Assembly: GCA_021846045.1 (NCBI GenBank)
Contig: JAJZCM010000002.1
Coordinates: forward strand, 16,585-80,584
Direction: 5' to 3'
DNA: 64,000 nucleotides
Source of the DNA: a bacterium
Lineage (GTDB): Bacteria; Elusimicrobiota; Elusimicrobia; UBA1565; UBA9628
Shown: positions 55,086-64,000 of the stretch, piece after piece
Position numbering within the stretch: position 1 is the stretch's first letter
Layout of the letters: every line of letters starts with the position of its first letter
The notes under the pieces: model-generated
The model's database searches: none
What the model saw: only the letters and a program-made list of their open reading frames with translations
Told to the model about the DNA's origin: nothing
Translations under genes and position numbers: made by a program

Positions 55086-57634
55086 GATAGATTCTGGCCG
55101 GATACGGTTTGCCCTTCAAGAATCGGGACATTTGACAGCGATTTCTGGACGATGTTGATTCCTCCTGTGGGCGATATTTCCGGATAATATCCATAAATGT
55201 TATAGGCCGGATACGTGCTTTGCCGGACTTGGACGCTGAAAGTTCCGTTCTCATTGCTGGAAGCCGAATAATACGAAATTCCCGTGAGTGACGCCGAACT
55301 AATAACGGGCGGACCTCCGGGCAAGGTGTCGGTCGTGACCACGATAAGAACGCCGGTTGAAATGGGATTTCCGGACAACGTGACGTTTCCTGATAGCGTT
55401 CCCATCGCTCCAGTAATCGTGAATGTGCCTACAAAAATGGTTTGGCCTGACAAGACGCTTGCGGAGACGACGTTGGGATTGGAAACTTCGGTTGAGTCCA
55501 AAGGAATGCGGACGGTGTAGGCGCCCGTGGCGAGGTTGATAGTTTGAAAATGCCCGGTCGCATCGGTGACTTCTTGATCTTGGGTGTTTCCATTGGAATC
55601 AATAGCGCTCATTGATATCCCTTCTAATCCATTAATTCCGTCGCGGGTTACCCATCCGCTGAGCCGTCCGCCTTGGGTCAGCGTGAAATTAATTCCGCTT
55701 TCGATTTGGCCCGGATAGACGGTGATGGCGTTTGAGGACATAGAAACGTAGTTGGAATTAAGAGATGCAGGGTTGGCCGTCACATCAGTGATTCCGCTGG
55801 ATACCCGCAATAGATAGCGCCCGGTTGCGGTATTGGCTGTTGCGTTGGAGCCTCCGGCGGAAACTTCAATTGCGGTGGGAACGGAAATGGGGTTACCATT
55901 GGCGTCGGTGACGAGTCCCGCGATAAAGCCGGAGTTGGTCGTTTGGTTGAGAATGCTCGCCGTGCTTGGAAAAACGTAGATGGAATTGGAAGCGGCGACG
56001 GTGACGGTGTCATTTTCCGTTTCGTAGGAGGCGCTGGTCATAACCACGCTCCAGGTTCCCGTTGCGACATTGAGGAGACTAAAGGCGGCGACGGGAGGGC
56101 TTCCGCTGAGCACGGCTTCGGTTGAGGAAGAAAGTCCGTCATTGGAGGTGATGACCGCCCCGGCGGCGGGAACGCCGGAAATAACGAGGGCGGGTGGAAA
56201 TTGAGAGTTCTCCGGGGAAACGGGAATGCCGGAAATGGATAAAGGAGGATTGGTACTACCCGGATAGGCAAAATCGATGCTGTTGTTTTCGGAATTATAG
56301 GCAGGGCCAAAGAAGGTATTGACAAAAGAAGGACTGGAGGCGCGCACGATTTCTTGTCCGGCAGGGAGCCCTCCGCTTTGGGGGATGCAGGTTCCATTAC
56401 AATAACTGGGATTGGGGGTTGATCCACCGTTGGTCCAGCCGACGGCGTCGATCAGGCTGCCGGGGCCGTCTGTCAAATAGATTGTGCCGCTATTGCCGGG
56501 GGCCATGATGTTCATTGCCGAGGGCGTCCAGTCGTAAGCGGAGGGGGTGCAGGGATCGGCGGCTGGATAGGTGTAATAGGCGTCGGCGGAAATCGAGCTT
56601 CCGTTGACCGTAAAAGTCGTGGTGTTGGCGATAAGATAATATTGTCCGGGGGGGACATCGCCTACGACGTAAGTGAGGAGGACATTGGCGCATTGAGTAT
56701 TAGTGTTGTAACCGGACACAAAATTGAGATTTACATTGCCGCTAATAACGATAGTGTTGGTCGTGGGATTAAATAATTCGACATACTCTACGTTGTAGCC
56801 GTTGGCTTGGGGCGTGGAAACGACCACCTGGCTGATTAAAAGATTGGGTTCAATCCAGGCTTCTCCCGTAACCGTTCCGGAACTCATCGGCGTTAATGAA
56901 AAATTGACTGTGACGGTGTTGTCGGCGGGGGCGGATTGAAAGGCATAGCCGGTAAAGTATCCCGGAGCGGAAGCGACTAGGTTGAAGCTTCCCGGTGAGA
57001 GTGAAATGGCGTAAAGGCCGGAGGCATTGGTGACGCCGCTCCAGCCCAAGTTTTCCGCGACAGCGACATTGCTTCCCTGAATGGGGTTGCCGGTTGTCGC
57101 ATCGCTGACGGTTCCCATGAAACTTGAATTGGCTTCGACGGTGTCGGGGTTAGACATGACATTGGTGAGAGGAAGATATTGCGTTTGCCCATCTTGAGTC
57201 CAGGCGATGGTGACGGTGATTTGCCGCATTCCCGTGTCCGGAGTCGTTGGAGGAAGAGGCGTCAGAGTTCCGTTTTTATCCGAGATCACTTGAATATAGG
57301 TATAGCGCTCAAAATTAACCCCGCCTTCAAGAACATTCTCCGGAGGGAAATTAACCGTGTCATAGGGCGTTCCGTTGGATAAAAAAGAAGGGTTTTGCGT
57401 GGGAATGACATTCGGATAAGACTCCTCTTCGATAATTTGTATCTGTTCTTGAGCAAGGTTGGTGGCGAGGGTTTTGTCCCGGGACATTTGGATGGAGCGT
57501 TGAACGCCTCGAAAAGATGCGACCAACCCCAGGGTCGCGATTGAAAGGATGCCGAGGGCGATCATCATCTCGACTAAACTCGCCCCCATCTGACTTGAAG
57601 GGAGACTGATTTTTAGAGGCCCCATCCTGCCCAT
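55079..57634 (-). CDS. giant type IV pilin-like protein, module 2
   Basis: MG|ASLVEMMIALGILSIATLGLVASF prepilin motif. 851 aa. Clear homology to 48518-51187 in the first ~230 aa. Confidence 0.75.
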   Translation of the reverse strand: MGRMGPLKISLPSSQMGASLVEMMIALGILSIATLGLVASFRGVQRSIQMSRDKTLATNLAQEQIQIIEEESYPNVIPTQNPSFLSNGTPYDTVNFPPENVLEGGVNFERYTYIQVISDKNGTLTPLPPTTPDTGMRQITVTIAWTQDGQTQYLPLTNVMSNPDTVEANSSFMGTVSDATTGNPIQGSNVAVAENLGWSGVTNASGLYAISLSPGSFNLVASAPGYFTGYAFQSAPADNTVTVNFSLTPMSSGTVTGEAWIEPNLLISQVVVSTPQANGYNVEYVELFNPTTNTIVISGNVNLNFVSGYNTNTQCANVLLTYVVGDVPPGQYYLIANTTTFTVNGSSISADAYYTYPAADPCTPSAYDWTPSAMNIMAPGNSGTIYLTDGPGSLIDAVGWTNGGSTPNPSYCNGTCIPQSGGLPAGQEIVRASSPSFVNTFFGPAYNSENNSIDFAYPGSTNPPLSISGIPVSPENSQFPPALVISGVPAAGAVITSNDGLSSSTEAVLSGSPPVAAFSLLNVATGTWSVVMTSASYETENDTVTVAASNSIYVFPSTASILNQTTNSGFIAGLVTDANGNPISVPTAIEVSAGGSNATANTATGRYLLRVSSGITDVTANPASLNSNYVSMSSNAITVYPGQIESGINFTLTQGGRLSGWVTRDGINGLEGISMSAIDSNGNTQDQEVTDATGHFQTINLATGAYTVRIPLDSTEVSNPNVVSASVLSGQTIFVGTFTITGAMGTLSGNVTLSGNPISTGVLIVVTTDTLPGGPPVISSASLTGISYYSASSNENGTFSVQVRQSTYPAYNIYGYYPEISPTGGINIVQKSLSNVPILEGQTVSGQNLSW

Positions 57635-57712
57635 CTCAGAAGTATAACAGGGAAAAATACAAAGTCAATGGGGTGGAGAAAGGCGCGGAACTGGTAAAAT
57701 ATGGGAGTATCC

Positions 57713-58390
57713 ATGAACCATCCGCTAAAACTTGGCGTTGTCGGATCTCTGGGCCGCATGGGGCGGCGCGTTTGCGCCTTGGCCCGGGAAAACCCGCGCT
57801 TTTCTCTTGCGGCCCCAATAGAGCGTAAAAATTTTGGGCAGACGAATTGGCCCGGTTTGGATGTCCTCATTGATTTCTCGATCCCTAAGACTTCTTTAAC
57901 GGTTCTGAAAATAGCCGTCGCGGAAAAAATCCCTCTAGTCATCGGTGTCACCGGGTTTTCGAATTCCCAGATGTCTCAAATTAAGGCGGCCTCCCGCAAA
58001 ATCCCGATTTTTTTATCGCCCAATTTCAGCCCCGGAATTTTTTGGATGGAGCGCTTGGCCCAAGAGGCGGCTGGAGCCTTGTCAAATTACGACTTATCAA
58101 TACTGGAAACGCATCACAAGGCTAAAAAAGACGCGCCCTCGGGCACCGCGAAAGCTCTCGCTTCCGTCTTGGGCCGCAAGGTTGAGATTTTGTCGTCTCG
58201 CGTGGGAGACGTGGTCGGCGAACATACCTTGGTTTTAGCCGGGTCGTTTGAGCGTTTGGAAATCAAGCATTTGGCTCATAGCCGGGACGTCTTTGCCAAG
58301 GGAGCTTTGGACGCCGCCGCGTGGATATATTCCCAAAGGCCCGGGCTTTACGGCATGGAAGATTTATTCGGCAAAAATGGGAAAAATTAG
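57713..58390 (+). CDS. dapB: 4-hydroxy-tetrahydrodipicolinate reductase
   Basis: LGVVGSLGRMGRRV NAD(P)-binding N-terminus. DapB C-terminal domain motifs (ETHHKAKKDAPSGTA). Confidence 0.85.
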   Translation: MNHPLKLGVVGSLGRMGRRVCALARENPRFSLAAPIERKNFGQTNWPGLDVLIDFSIPKTSLTVLKIAVAEKIPLVIGVTGFSNSQMSQIKAASRKIPIFLSPNFSPGIFWMERLAQEAAGALSNYDLSILETHHKAKKDAPSGTAKALASVLGRKVEILSSRVGDVVGEHTLVLAGSFERLEIKHLAHSRDVFAKGALDAAAWIYSQRPGLYGMEDLFGKNGKN

Positions 58391-58748
58391 GTCTTTTTTT
58401 TCCGCCTTGGCGCGCTTTATCGGCGCAGACGATGACCCCGATGAACCTATTTATGATCCGATTCATTTGGCCGCGGTCTTAATTGGAAGCCTTGCCGCCT
58501 TAGGCCTTCTTTACTGGCTTTTATGGACGCTCTTGGTTTACGATGGCGGCCTTTTCTCTAAAATTGGGCCCTTGGCGCATGTCCTCTCAGGTTCTAAGAC
58601 CTTGGCTGATTATGGATACCGGGGTTCTCCCTATCAAATGGGAGCGTTTCGAGGCTGGACGGGCAATCTCGGGGCTTTGATTATTTCGCTTGTCGTCATT
58701 GTTTTTTTACATCGCAGGTATCGGGATGCCGCTGAAAAGGCAAAGTAG
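58377..58748 (+). CDS. small hypothetical membrane protein
   Basis: About 123 aa with two hydrophobic helices. Start at an internal Met. Confidence 0.35.
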   Translation: MGKIRSFFSALARFIGADDDPDEPIYDPIHLAAVLIGSLAALGLLYWLLWTLLVYDGGLFSKIGPLAHVLSGSKTLADYGYRGSPYQMGAFRGWTGNLGALIISLVVIVFLHRRYRDAAEKAK

Positions 58749-59241
58749 GAGCGCGAAATCCGTTGAATGCCTGATTTCCTTGGGGAGTAATGTCGGGAAT
58801 AGGGGGAAGCGCCTTAAAAGGGCCGTCGCTTCCATCGGGAAAATTGCCGGAGTTAAGGTTTTAAAAAAGTCGCGCGTCTATGAAACCAAACCCCTCGGCC
58901 CCAGCCGCCGGACGTTTTTTAATTGCGCGCTCAAAATTAAAACGACAAGAAGCGCGATGGGGCTTCTCATCGAGTTTAAGCGCCTTGAAGTTTTGGCCGG
59001 ACGAAAGCCGGGACTCCGTTGGGGGCCCCGGCCCCTGGATATTGATTTGATCGCCTACGGCTCCCAAAAAGTGAAAAATGCCTGGCTTCAAATTCCCCAT
59101 CCCCAAGCGGTCAAACGGGCTTTTGTTTTAGCCCCGCTTTTAGACATCGCGCCAAAGGCGAAATTAGGAAGCTCCCAGAGTCTCCGGGAAATTCTGGCCC
59201 GGTTGACGGATGTCCCGCGAAATATTAAATTGTCTTTATGA
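58726..59241 (+). CDS. folK: 2-amino-4-hydroxy-6-hydroxymethyldihydropteridine pyrophosphokinase (HPPK)
   Basis: LISLGSNVGNR...SRVYETKPLGP...GPRPLDIDLI motifs. Confidence 0.85.
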   Translation: MPLKRQSRSAKSVECLISLGSNVGNRGKRLKRAVASIGKIAGVKVLKKSRVYETKPLGPSRRTFFNCALKIKTTRSAMGLLIEFKRLEVLAGRKPGLRWGPRPLDIDLIAYGSQKVKNAWLQIPHPQAVKRAFVLAPLLDIAPKAKLGSSQSLREILARLTDVPRNIKLSL

Positions 59242-60029
59242 TCACTCCCCAGACGCTTATCGAGATGAAGAAAAAAGGCGAGAAAATCGCCGCGCTGACG
59301 GCTTATGATTTTCCGACCGCCCAAATTTTGAGCGAAAGCGGGGCGGATGTTCTTTTGGTCGGAGATTCTCTCGGAATGGTTAAACTGGGATATTCCAGCA
59401 CAATTTCAGTCACCATGGATCAAATGCTCCATCATCTCCTCGCAGTTTCGCGCGGTATTTCCGGGCCGCTGCTCGTGGCGGATATGCCGTATCTCAGCTA
59501 CGAGATTGATTTGAAGGAAGCCCTTGTCAATGCCGGACGCCTAGTTAAGGAAGGCGGGGCCCAAGCGGTTAAAATCGAAGGCGGCGGTTTTGTCGCGGAT
59601 ATTGCCCGGGAACTTTTAAAAATCCATATTCCAGTCATGGGGCATTTGGGCCTGACCCCGCAATCGGTCAACCGCTTGGGGGGATATAAAGTTCAAGGAC
59701 GCGACTCAAAAAGCGCAAAAAAAATTTTAGACGACGCGAAAGCTCTTGAGAAAGCCGGCGTCTTCGCCTTGGTCCTTGAATGCGTTCCGGCCGATTTGGC
59801 GAGGAAAGTTACCTCCCAGCTTCAAATTCCTACCATCGGAATTGGCGCGGGAATTCACTGCGACGGACAGATTTTGGTTTCCGACGATTTGTGGGGAATT
59901 TCAAGGGGGCCCGACCTTAAATTCGTCAAGCGCTACGCTCGTCTTCGTGAAACGATGATTTCCTCTTCCCGCGCGTATATGCAAGAGGTTCGCAAGGGGA
60001 AATTCCCCGGAGCCGAACACTCTTTCTAA
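59238..60029 (+). CDS. panB: 3-methyl-2-oxobutanoate hydroxymethyltransferase
   Basis: ALTAYDFPTAQIL, LVGDSLGMV and KIEGG motifs. Confidence 0.9.
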   Translation: MITPQTLIEMKKKGEKIAALTAYDFPTAQILSESGADVLLVGDSLGMVKLGYSSTISVTMDQMLHHLLAVSRGISGPLLVADMPYLSYEIDLKEALVNAGRLVKEGGAQAVKIEGGGFVADIARELLKIHIPVMGHLGLTPQSVNRLGGYKVQGRDSKSAKKILDDAKALEKAGVFALVLECVPADLARKVTSQLQIPTIGIGAGIHCDGQILVSDDLWGISRGPDLKFVKRYARLRETMISSSRAYMQEVRKGKFPGAEHSF

Positions 60030-61033
60030 TGGTAGCCTTTCGGCCTCTAAAACCGCGGCGGATTTTGATGTTCTATCCGCGCCGAATCGGCGACTGGGTG
60101 GTCACGACCCCTTTCTTGCGAGGACTCCGCGCAAAATTTCCGGAAGCTGAAATTACGGCGGTCGCCTCGGCCAAAAGCGCGGCGGTGATGCCGCTTATTC
60201 CTTTCATTGATTATTTTCATATTTTAGGCCGGCCTGAAAAGATAGGCCAAAATCTGAAACTACTGGGCTTTCTTTTATTTTCAGGGAAGCGCGACCTCTA
60301 TATTGATTTGGATCCCAACCCTGCTTTTTCCCGCGGCGGCTGGATTTTTTCTTTTTTGACTCGCGCGCGGGTCAAGGGGGCGTTCGCCCGATCTGGAAAT
60401 GAGGCGTTTCAGATTCGAGTTCCCTTTGCGGAGGGGGAATGCACGATGCTTGAGAGATACGCGCGCCTGGCAAAAGCGCTGGATATTTCTTATGAAGCTC
60501 GCCCTGAACTTAAGGCTTTTAAAGCGGATATGGAAATGGCGCATGAAAAAATCGGCAGCCTAGGCCTTTCCGGTCGCCCTAAAATTATGATTCATCCCGG
60601 AGACCTGAAAAGGGAATCAGGGGTTCGTTGGCCGCTGGAAAAATTCGCGGATTTGAGCCGCCATCTCATGGCCCATGGAGCGGCTTTATTTTTTTTGGCC
60701 GGCCCCAACGAAAAAGACTCTGTTCAAGAATTCGTTCGTCAAATCGGGCTTGATGTGTCCTGCGTTATCGGCCCGCGCCCTTTGCGGGAAGCGGCGGCTT
60801 TTATGCTGGAGATGGATTTATTCGTGTCGAGCCTCAACGGGGCTTCTCATGTGGCTGCGGCTTTGGGGGTTTCGACATTTTCTTTCTATATGGGTTATGA
60901 TTGGCGGGTTTGGCGAATTGCAGGCGAGCGTCATTTCGGGCTTGTCGGCGAGGAAAATAATTGCCGCGTTATCGCCGTTGATGAGGCTTATGAATCCATC
61001 AAGAAAATTATAGGGAGCGCGTCCTTAAAATGA
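60029..61033 (+). CDS. glycosyltransferase family 9 (LPS heptosyltransferase-like)
   Basis: RILMFYPRRIGDWVVTTPFLRGLR N-terminus and GT9 C-terminal fold (GPNEKD...VSSLNGASHVAAALG). Confidence 0.75.
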   Translation: MVAFRPLKPRRILMFYPRRIGDWVVTTPFLRGLRAKFPEAEITAVASAKSAAVMPLIPFIDYFHILGRPEKIGQNLKLLGFLLFSGKRDLYIDLDPNPAFSRGGWIFSFLTRARVKGAFARSGNEAFQIRVPFAEGECTMLERYARLAKALDISYEARPELKAFKADMEMAHEKIGSLGLSGRPKIMIHPGDLKRESGVRWPLEKFADLSRHLMAHGAALFFLAGPNEKDSVQEFVRQIGLDVSCVIGPRPLREAAAFMLEMDLFVSSLNGASHVAAALGVSTFSFYMGYDWRVWRIAGERHFGLVGEENNCRVIAVDEAYESIKKIIGSASLK

Positions 61034-61857
61034 GGAGCCCCTGTGTCGCGGTTTTGGTTCGAGTCCATCAAAGAACAGCGGATCTGAAAGTATGCCTTGA
61101 GGCAATTCGCAATTACTGGAAAATTTATGACTACCATGTCATCGTTATCTCAAATGGCGTTAAGAAGGGATATGCCCTTTCCGAAGAGATTCGCGCTTTG
61201 GCCGATCAAGTGGTGGAGTTGGAGCCCCTTGAACATATCGCGGGATCTTCCCAGCTTCTTCTTGAGGGGCTTTCGTTTATTCCGGAGAAATGCGAATATA
61301 CCGTTTTGTTGGAAGCCGACATCTGGATTTTCTCGGACAAACTTGTCAGTAAATATATTCGTTTAATGGAGGCTAAAAAAGCGGTATGGGCGAGCGCGGA
61401 ATGGATTAAAAAAGTTCACTCCGTCGCGCTGGATTTCGCGATCGCCCAAACGCGGTTTTTAAAAACCAATCCCGGCCTATTTAGGTTTATGAAGACGCCG
61501 GAGTGCTTTGTCTGCAATTATCTGCGTTCCCATCAGGCTCGCTATTTATTCATCTCCGAATGCATGCCCGTTCATTTTCCGAAATTCATGCGCCTGTTTT
61601 ATAAATCCGATACCGGGAGAAAACACAGTTTTAGCCGAGCGCAGATGGTGACCCATCACCTGGAGCATCTGAACGGAGGGATGGAGGAAAAAAAGCTGCT
61701 TGCCAACATCGCCGCCGGGTTTAAGGCGTTCGATACGGAACAGACTCCGAGTGAAATCCGCGCTGGAAGATGGAGACTTCAGCGCTTGGAACTTGCGATG
61801 AAGGTGATGCCCCAATCTCGTTGGGTCAAACCCCAAAAAACCCAAAATACGGACTGA
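61030..61857 (+). CDS. hypothetical protein (possible glycosyltransferase-associated)
   Basis: 275-aa ORF coupled to the GT9 gene. No recognisable motif. Confidence 0.35.
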   Translation: MRSPCVAVLVRVHQRTADLKVCLEAIRNYWKIYDYHVIVISNGVKKGYALSEEIRALADQVVELEPLEHIAGSSQLLLEGLSFIPEKCEYTVLLEADIWIFSDKLVSKYIRLMEAKKAVWASAEWIKKVHSVALDFAIAQTRFLKTNPGLFRFMKTPECFVCNYLRSHQARYLFISECMPVHFPKFMRLFYKSDTGRKHSFSRAQMVTHHLEHLNGGMEEKKLLANIAAGFKAFDTEQTPSEIRAGRWRLQRLELAMKVMPQSRWVKPQKTQNTD

Positions 61858-61934
61858 TTCGGTTGTAATGTGGGGATTGACGATGCGGATTTCTGATGCT
61901 ACAATGATGCATATAGATGCAATGGGGGATGCAA

Positions 61935-62189
61935 ATGAAGACTTTGACTCTGCGACGCCTGAGACCTGAATTGGCCCGGGCGATCGAGCGTAAGGCGCAC
62001 GAAGTCGGAACGAGCTTGAGCGGGGCCGTGCTCGCTCTCTTAGAGCAGGCGACGGGGCTGTCCAAGAAGCGCAAAGCCTCCCATCACGATCTGGACCGAT
62101 TCTTTGGGGCTTGGTCTGCCGAGGAAGCTCGAGCTTTCGATAGATCGCTCTCGCGGCAGCGGCGGATCGACCGCGAGTTGTGGACATGA
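61935..62189 (+). CDS. vapB: VapB/FitA-like antitoxin
   Basis: 84 aa. MKTLTLRRLRPELARAIERKAHEVGTSLSGAVLALL (RHH/plasmid-stability-like). Stop overlaps the vapC start (ATGA). Confidence 0.65.
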   Translation: MKTLTLRRLRPELARAIERKAHEVGTSLSGAVLALLEQATGLSKKRKASHHDLDRFFGAWSAEEARAFDRSLSRQRRIDRELWT

Positions 62190-62590
62190 GCCGGCTGCTT
62201 CTCGATACCTCGGCGTACTCTGCGGCTTTTCGCGGCGCTACGGCGGCCAAGGAGGCGATCCAATCGGCGGACGAGATATTCCTCAATCCCATCGTGATCG
62301 GTGAGCTGTTGGCCGGCTTCATGGGTGGCAGTCATCGGCAGAAGAACGAAAAGGAACTGCGCGAGTTCTTGGCCGCGCCTTCCGTCGGCGTCCTTAAAAT
62401 TGATGAAGAGACGTCAGGCCGCTATGCGCTGATCTTGAATTCCCTTCGCGGGGAGGGAACTCCAATCCCGACCAACGACATCTGGATCGCGGCCAGCGCG
62501 ATGCAGCATGGTCTTGAGGTGCTCACGGCGGATGCCCATTTTTCCAAGGTGACGCAGATCGTGGTGAGATCGCTTAAACCCATCCAGTGA
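62186..62590 (+). CDS. vapC: PIN-domain toxin VapC
   Basis: LLLDTSAY (first Asp), IVIGELLAG (Glu) and IPTNDIWIAASA (Asp) motifs. Confidence 0.8.
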   Translation: MSRLLLDTSAYSAAFRGATAAKEAIQSADEIFLNPIVIGELLAGFMGGSHRQKNEKELREFLAAPSVGVLKIDEETSGRYALILNSLRGEGTPIPTNDIWIAASAMQHGLEVLTADAHFSKVTQIVVRSLKPIQ

Positions 62591-62660
62591 GATTTGCCCT
62601 TACGTCCGACACTCACATGATGCGCGATCGGGTTTCCATACCCGACGGCGATGGTTTGAT

Positions 62661-63545
62661 TCATGCCGGTCGCTTGGACGCCATCTTTGCGTTTTTGTAA
62701 ATTCGGCGCAGGATCTCGGTGGTGGAGTGGCTTTTATTGAGCGTAAAAAGATGGATTCCGGGTGCGCCGCCCTTTAAAAGTTCTAGAGCCTGGCGGCTGG
62801 TCCACTCAACGCCGTAGCGAATCACGGCTTCTGAATTTCCCGCGATTTTTTCGAGATCGTCCGCCATTTCTTTCGGTATTTTCGCCCCGCAGAGAGAAGA
62901 AAAACGCTTGAGCTGGGAAAAATTGGTGACCGGCATCAGACCCGGGACGATGGGGCGGGAAACCCCCGCCGCGCGCGCGCGGGAGACGAAGTTGAAATAA
63001 TCCGTGTTGTCGAAAAAAAGCTGGGTAATAATCCAGTCCGCTCCGGCACGGACCTTGTTGGCAAGATGGGCGATGTCGGCCTCGGGGGACGCGGCCTCGG
63101 GGTGGGTTTCAGGGTATCCCGCCGCCGCGATTTGAAAACCTCCTATTTCACGGATAAGCCCGATGAGATCCTCCGCGTGCGGGAAATCTCCGGGCAATGG
63201 GGGAGATTTTTTCGGGACGTCTCCTCTTAACGCGACGATTTGCCTTATGTCGAGTTCTTGAAGGCGTTTAAGGATATCCTTAATTTCTCCGCGAGTGTGC
63301 GCGATTCCGGTGAGATGGCAGACGGTTTCAAAGCCCGTCTCACTTTTGACGATTCCGGCGGCCTTGATGGTTCTTTCGTGTTCCGAGCCCCCGGCTCCGT
63401 AGGTCAGCGTGATGAAATCCGGATTAAGGACTTTAAATTCCTCGAGGCTTTTGATGAAAGCAGACAGATTTTCTGGAGCCTTGGGAAGAAAGAATTCGAG
63501 GGAAATGACCGGGCGTCCGCGGCCGAAAACTTCACGGATGTCCAT
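62661..63545 (-). CDS. metF: 5,10-methylenetetrahydrofolate reductase
   Basis: PVISLEFFLPK start region and MTHFR TIM-barrel motifs (DFITLTYGAGGS). Confidence 0.85.
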   Translation of the reverse strand: MDIREVFGRGRPVISLEFFLPKAPENLSAFIKSLEEFKVLNPDFITLTYGAGGSEHERTIKAAGIVKSETGFETVCHLTGIAHTRGEIKDILKRLQELDIRQIVALRGDVPKKSPPLPGDFPHAEDLIGLIREIGGFQIAAAGYPETHPEAASPEADIAHLANKVRAGADWIITQLFFDNTDYFNFVSRARAAGVSRPIVPGLMPVTNFSQLKRFSSLCGAKIPKEMADDLEKIAGNSEAVIRYGVEWTSRQALELLKGGAPGIHLFTLNKSHSTTEILRRIYKNAKMASKRPA

Positions 63546-63581
63546 CAGCGGTTGCGCCCATGGTATAGAGCGTCGCAAAAA

Positions 63582-64000
63582 CTAGTCATGGGGAGAAACG
63601 GAAAAATAGCGCGCCTCGGGGTGGTGAAAAACAAGGGCCGAAACGCTTGCCTCCGGCTCCATCATGAAGCCCTCGGTGAGTTTGACGCCGATGGATTTCT
63701 CGACGTCTAAAAGCCGGAATAGTTTTTCTTGATCCTCGAGATTCGGACAGGAAGGATAGCCGAAACTAGCCCTGAGCCCGCGATATCTCGCCTGAAATTT
63801 TTCCTTAATGGACATCGTCGGGAAATCCGGTATTCCCCAATCCTCGCGAATTTTTTCGTGCACAATTTCGGATAAGGCCTCGGCCGACTCTATCGCCAAG
63901 GCCTGAAGGGCATGGGATTTAAAATATTCCCCACGCTCGCGGTAAAACTCGGACAACTCGCGAATTCCTTTGCCGCAGGTGACGACAAAAAAGGCGACGA
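63582..64000 (-). CDS. metH: methionine synthase, C-terminal (AdoMet activation domain) portion. The 5' part is beyond the window.
   Basis: C-terminal ...EASVSALVFHHPEARYFSVSPHD* is typical of the MetH reactivation domain. The frame stays open to the window end. Confidence 0.6.
   Translation of the reverse strand, partial: VAFFVVTCGKGIRELSEFYRERGEYFKSHALQALAIESAEALSEIVHEKIREDWGIPDFPTMSIKEKFQARYRGLRASFGYPSCPNLEDQEKLFRLLDVEKSIGVKLTEGFMMEPEASVSALVFHHPEARYFSVSPHD

Noticed and set aside
1-64000. CRISPR arrays, rRNA genes, integrase or recombinase genes, intact IS elements
   Set aside because: I found no direct-repeat/spacer periodicity, no rRNA-like conserved blocks, and no tyrosine or serine recombinase or full transposase motifs in any frame. 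The only transposase signal is the eroded IS630 C-terminal fragment.

Overview
This 64-kb window is a mid-GC (~50%) bacterial chromosomal segment of Gram-negative type, dense with housekeeping operons. I could support: anmK, a GAF sensor kinase, a ClC channel, glutathione peroxidase, aconitase, fixCX with a CheY-like regulator, an aldehyde dehydrogenase, a complete sufBCDSU-sufT-rrf2-nfu Fe-S block, nadA, a pyrimidine/purine salvage cluster (LOG-punA-pdp-upp), a caa3-type cytochrome oxidase operon with ctaA/ctaB and a dihaem cytochrome c, dapB-folK-panB, a GT9 heptosyltransferase, a vapBC pair, metF and a metH tail. Four tRNAs are present (Gly-GCC, His-GUG, Lys-UUU, Glu-UUC). The non-ordinary content is in five places. 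(1) An accessory island at about 4.9-13.7 kb is bounded by two 235-bp, 100%-identical direct repeats. The left repeat carries an orphan copy of the 3' end of a CPXCG zinc-ribbon gene. The island holds a 13-repeat ankyrin protein, an FtsK/SpoIIIE-like ATPase, small secreted or membrane proteins, a bPH_2 gene interrupted only by in-frame TGA codons, and a RING/PHD-like Cys-rich protein. It is nested in a duplicated 'promoter + structured leader + PIN-like nuclease + B repeat' module (NYN gene at left, PIN gene at right). (2) At 48.5-57.6 kb there are two convergent, anciently duplicated three-gene modules. Each encodes an 850-890-aa protein with a prepilin-type N-terminus, a small pseudopilin and a PilX-like protein, and the two modules end 7 nt apart. 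(3) A REP-like two-hairpin repeat family has three copies, one of which is inserted in-frame in ctaA. (4) A 270-bp MITE-like element with 34-bp perfect terminal inverted repeats lies upstream of acnA. (5) Decayed Fic and IS630 transposase remnants lie downstream of a DnaQ-like exonuclease gene. No CRISPR array, rRNA or integrase gene is visible.
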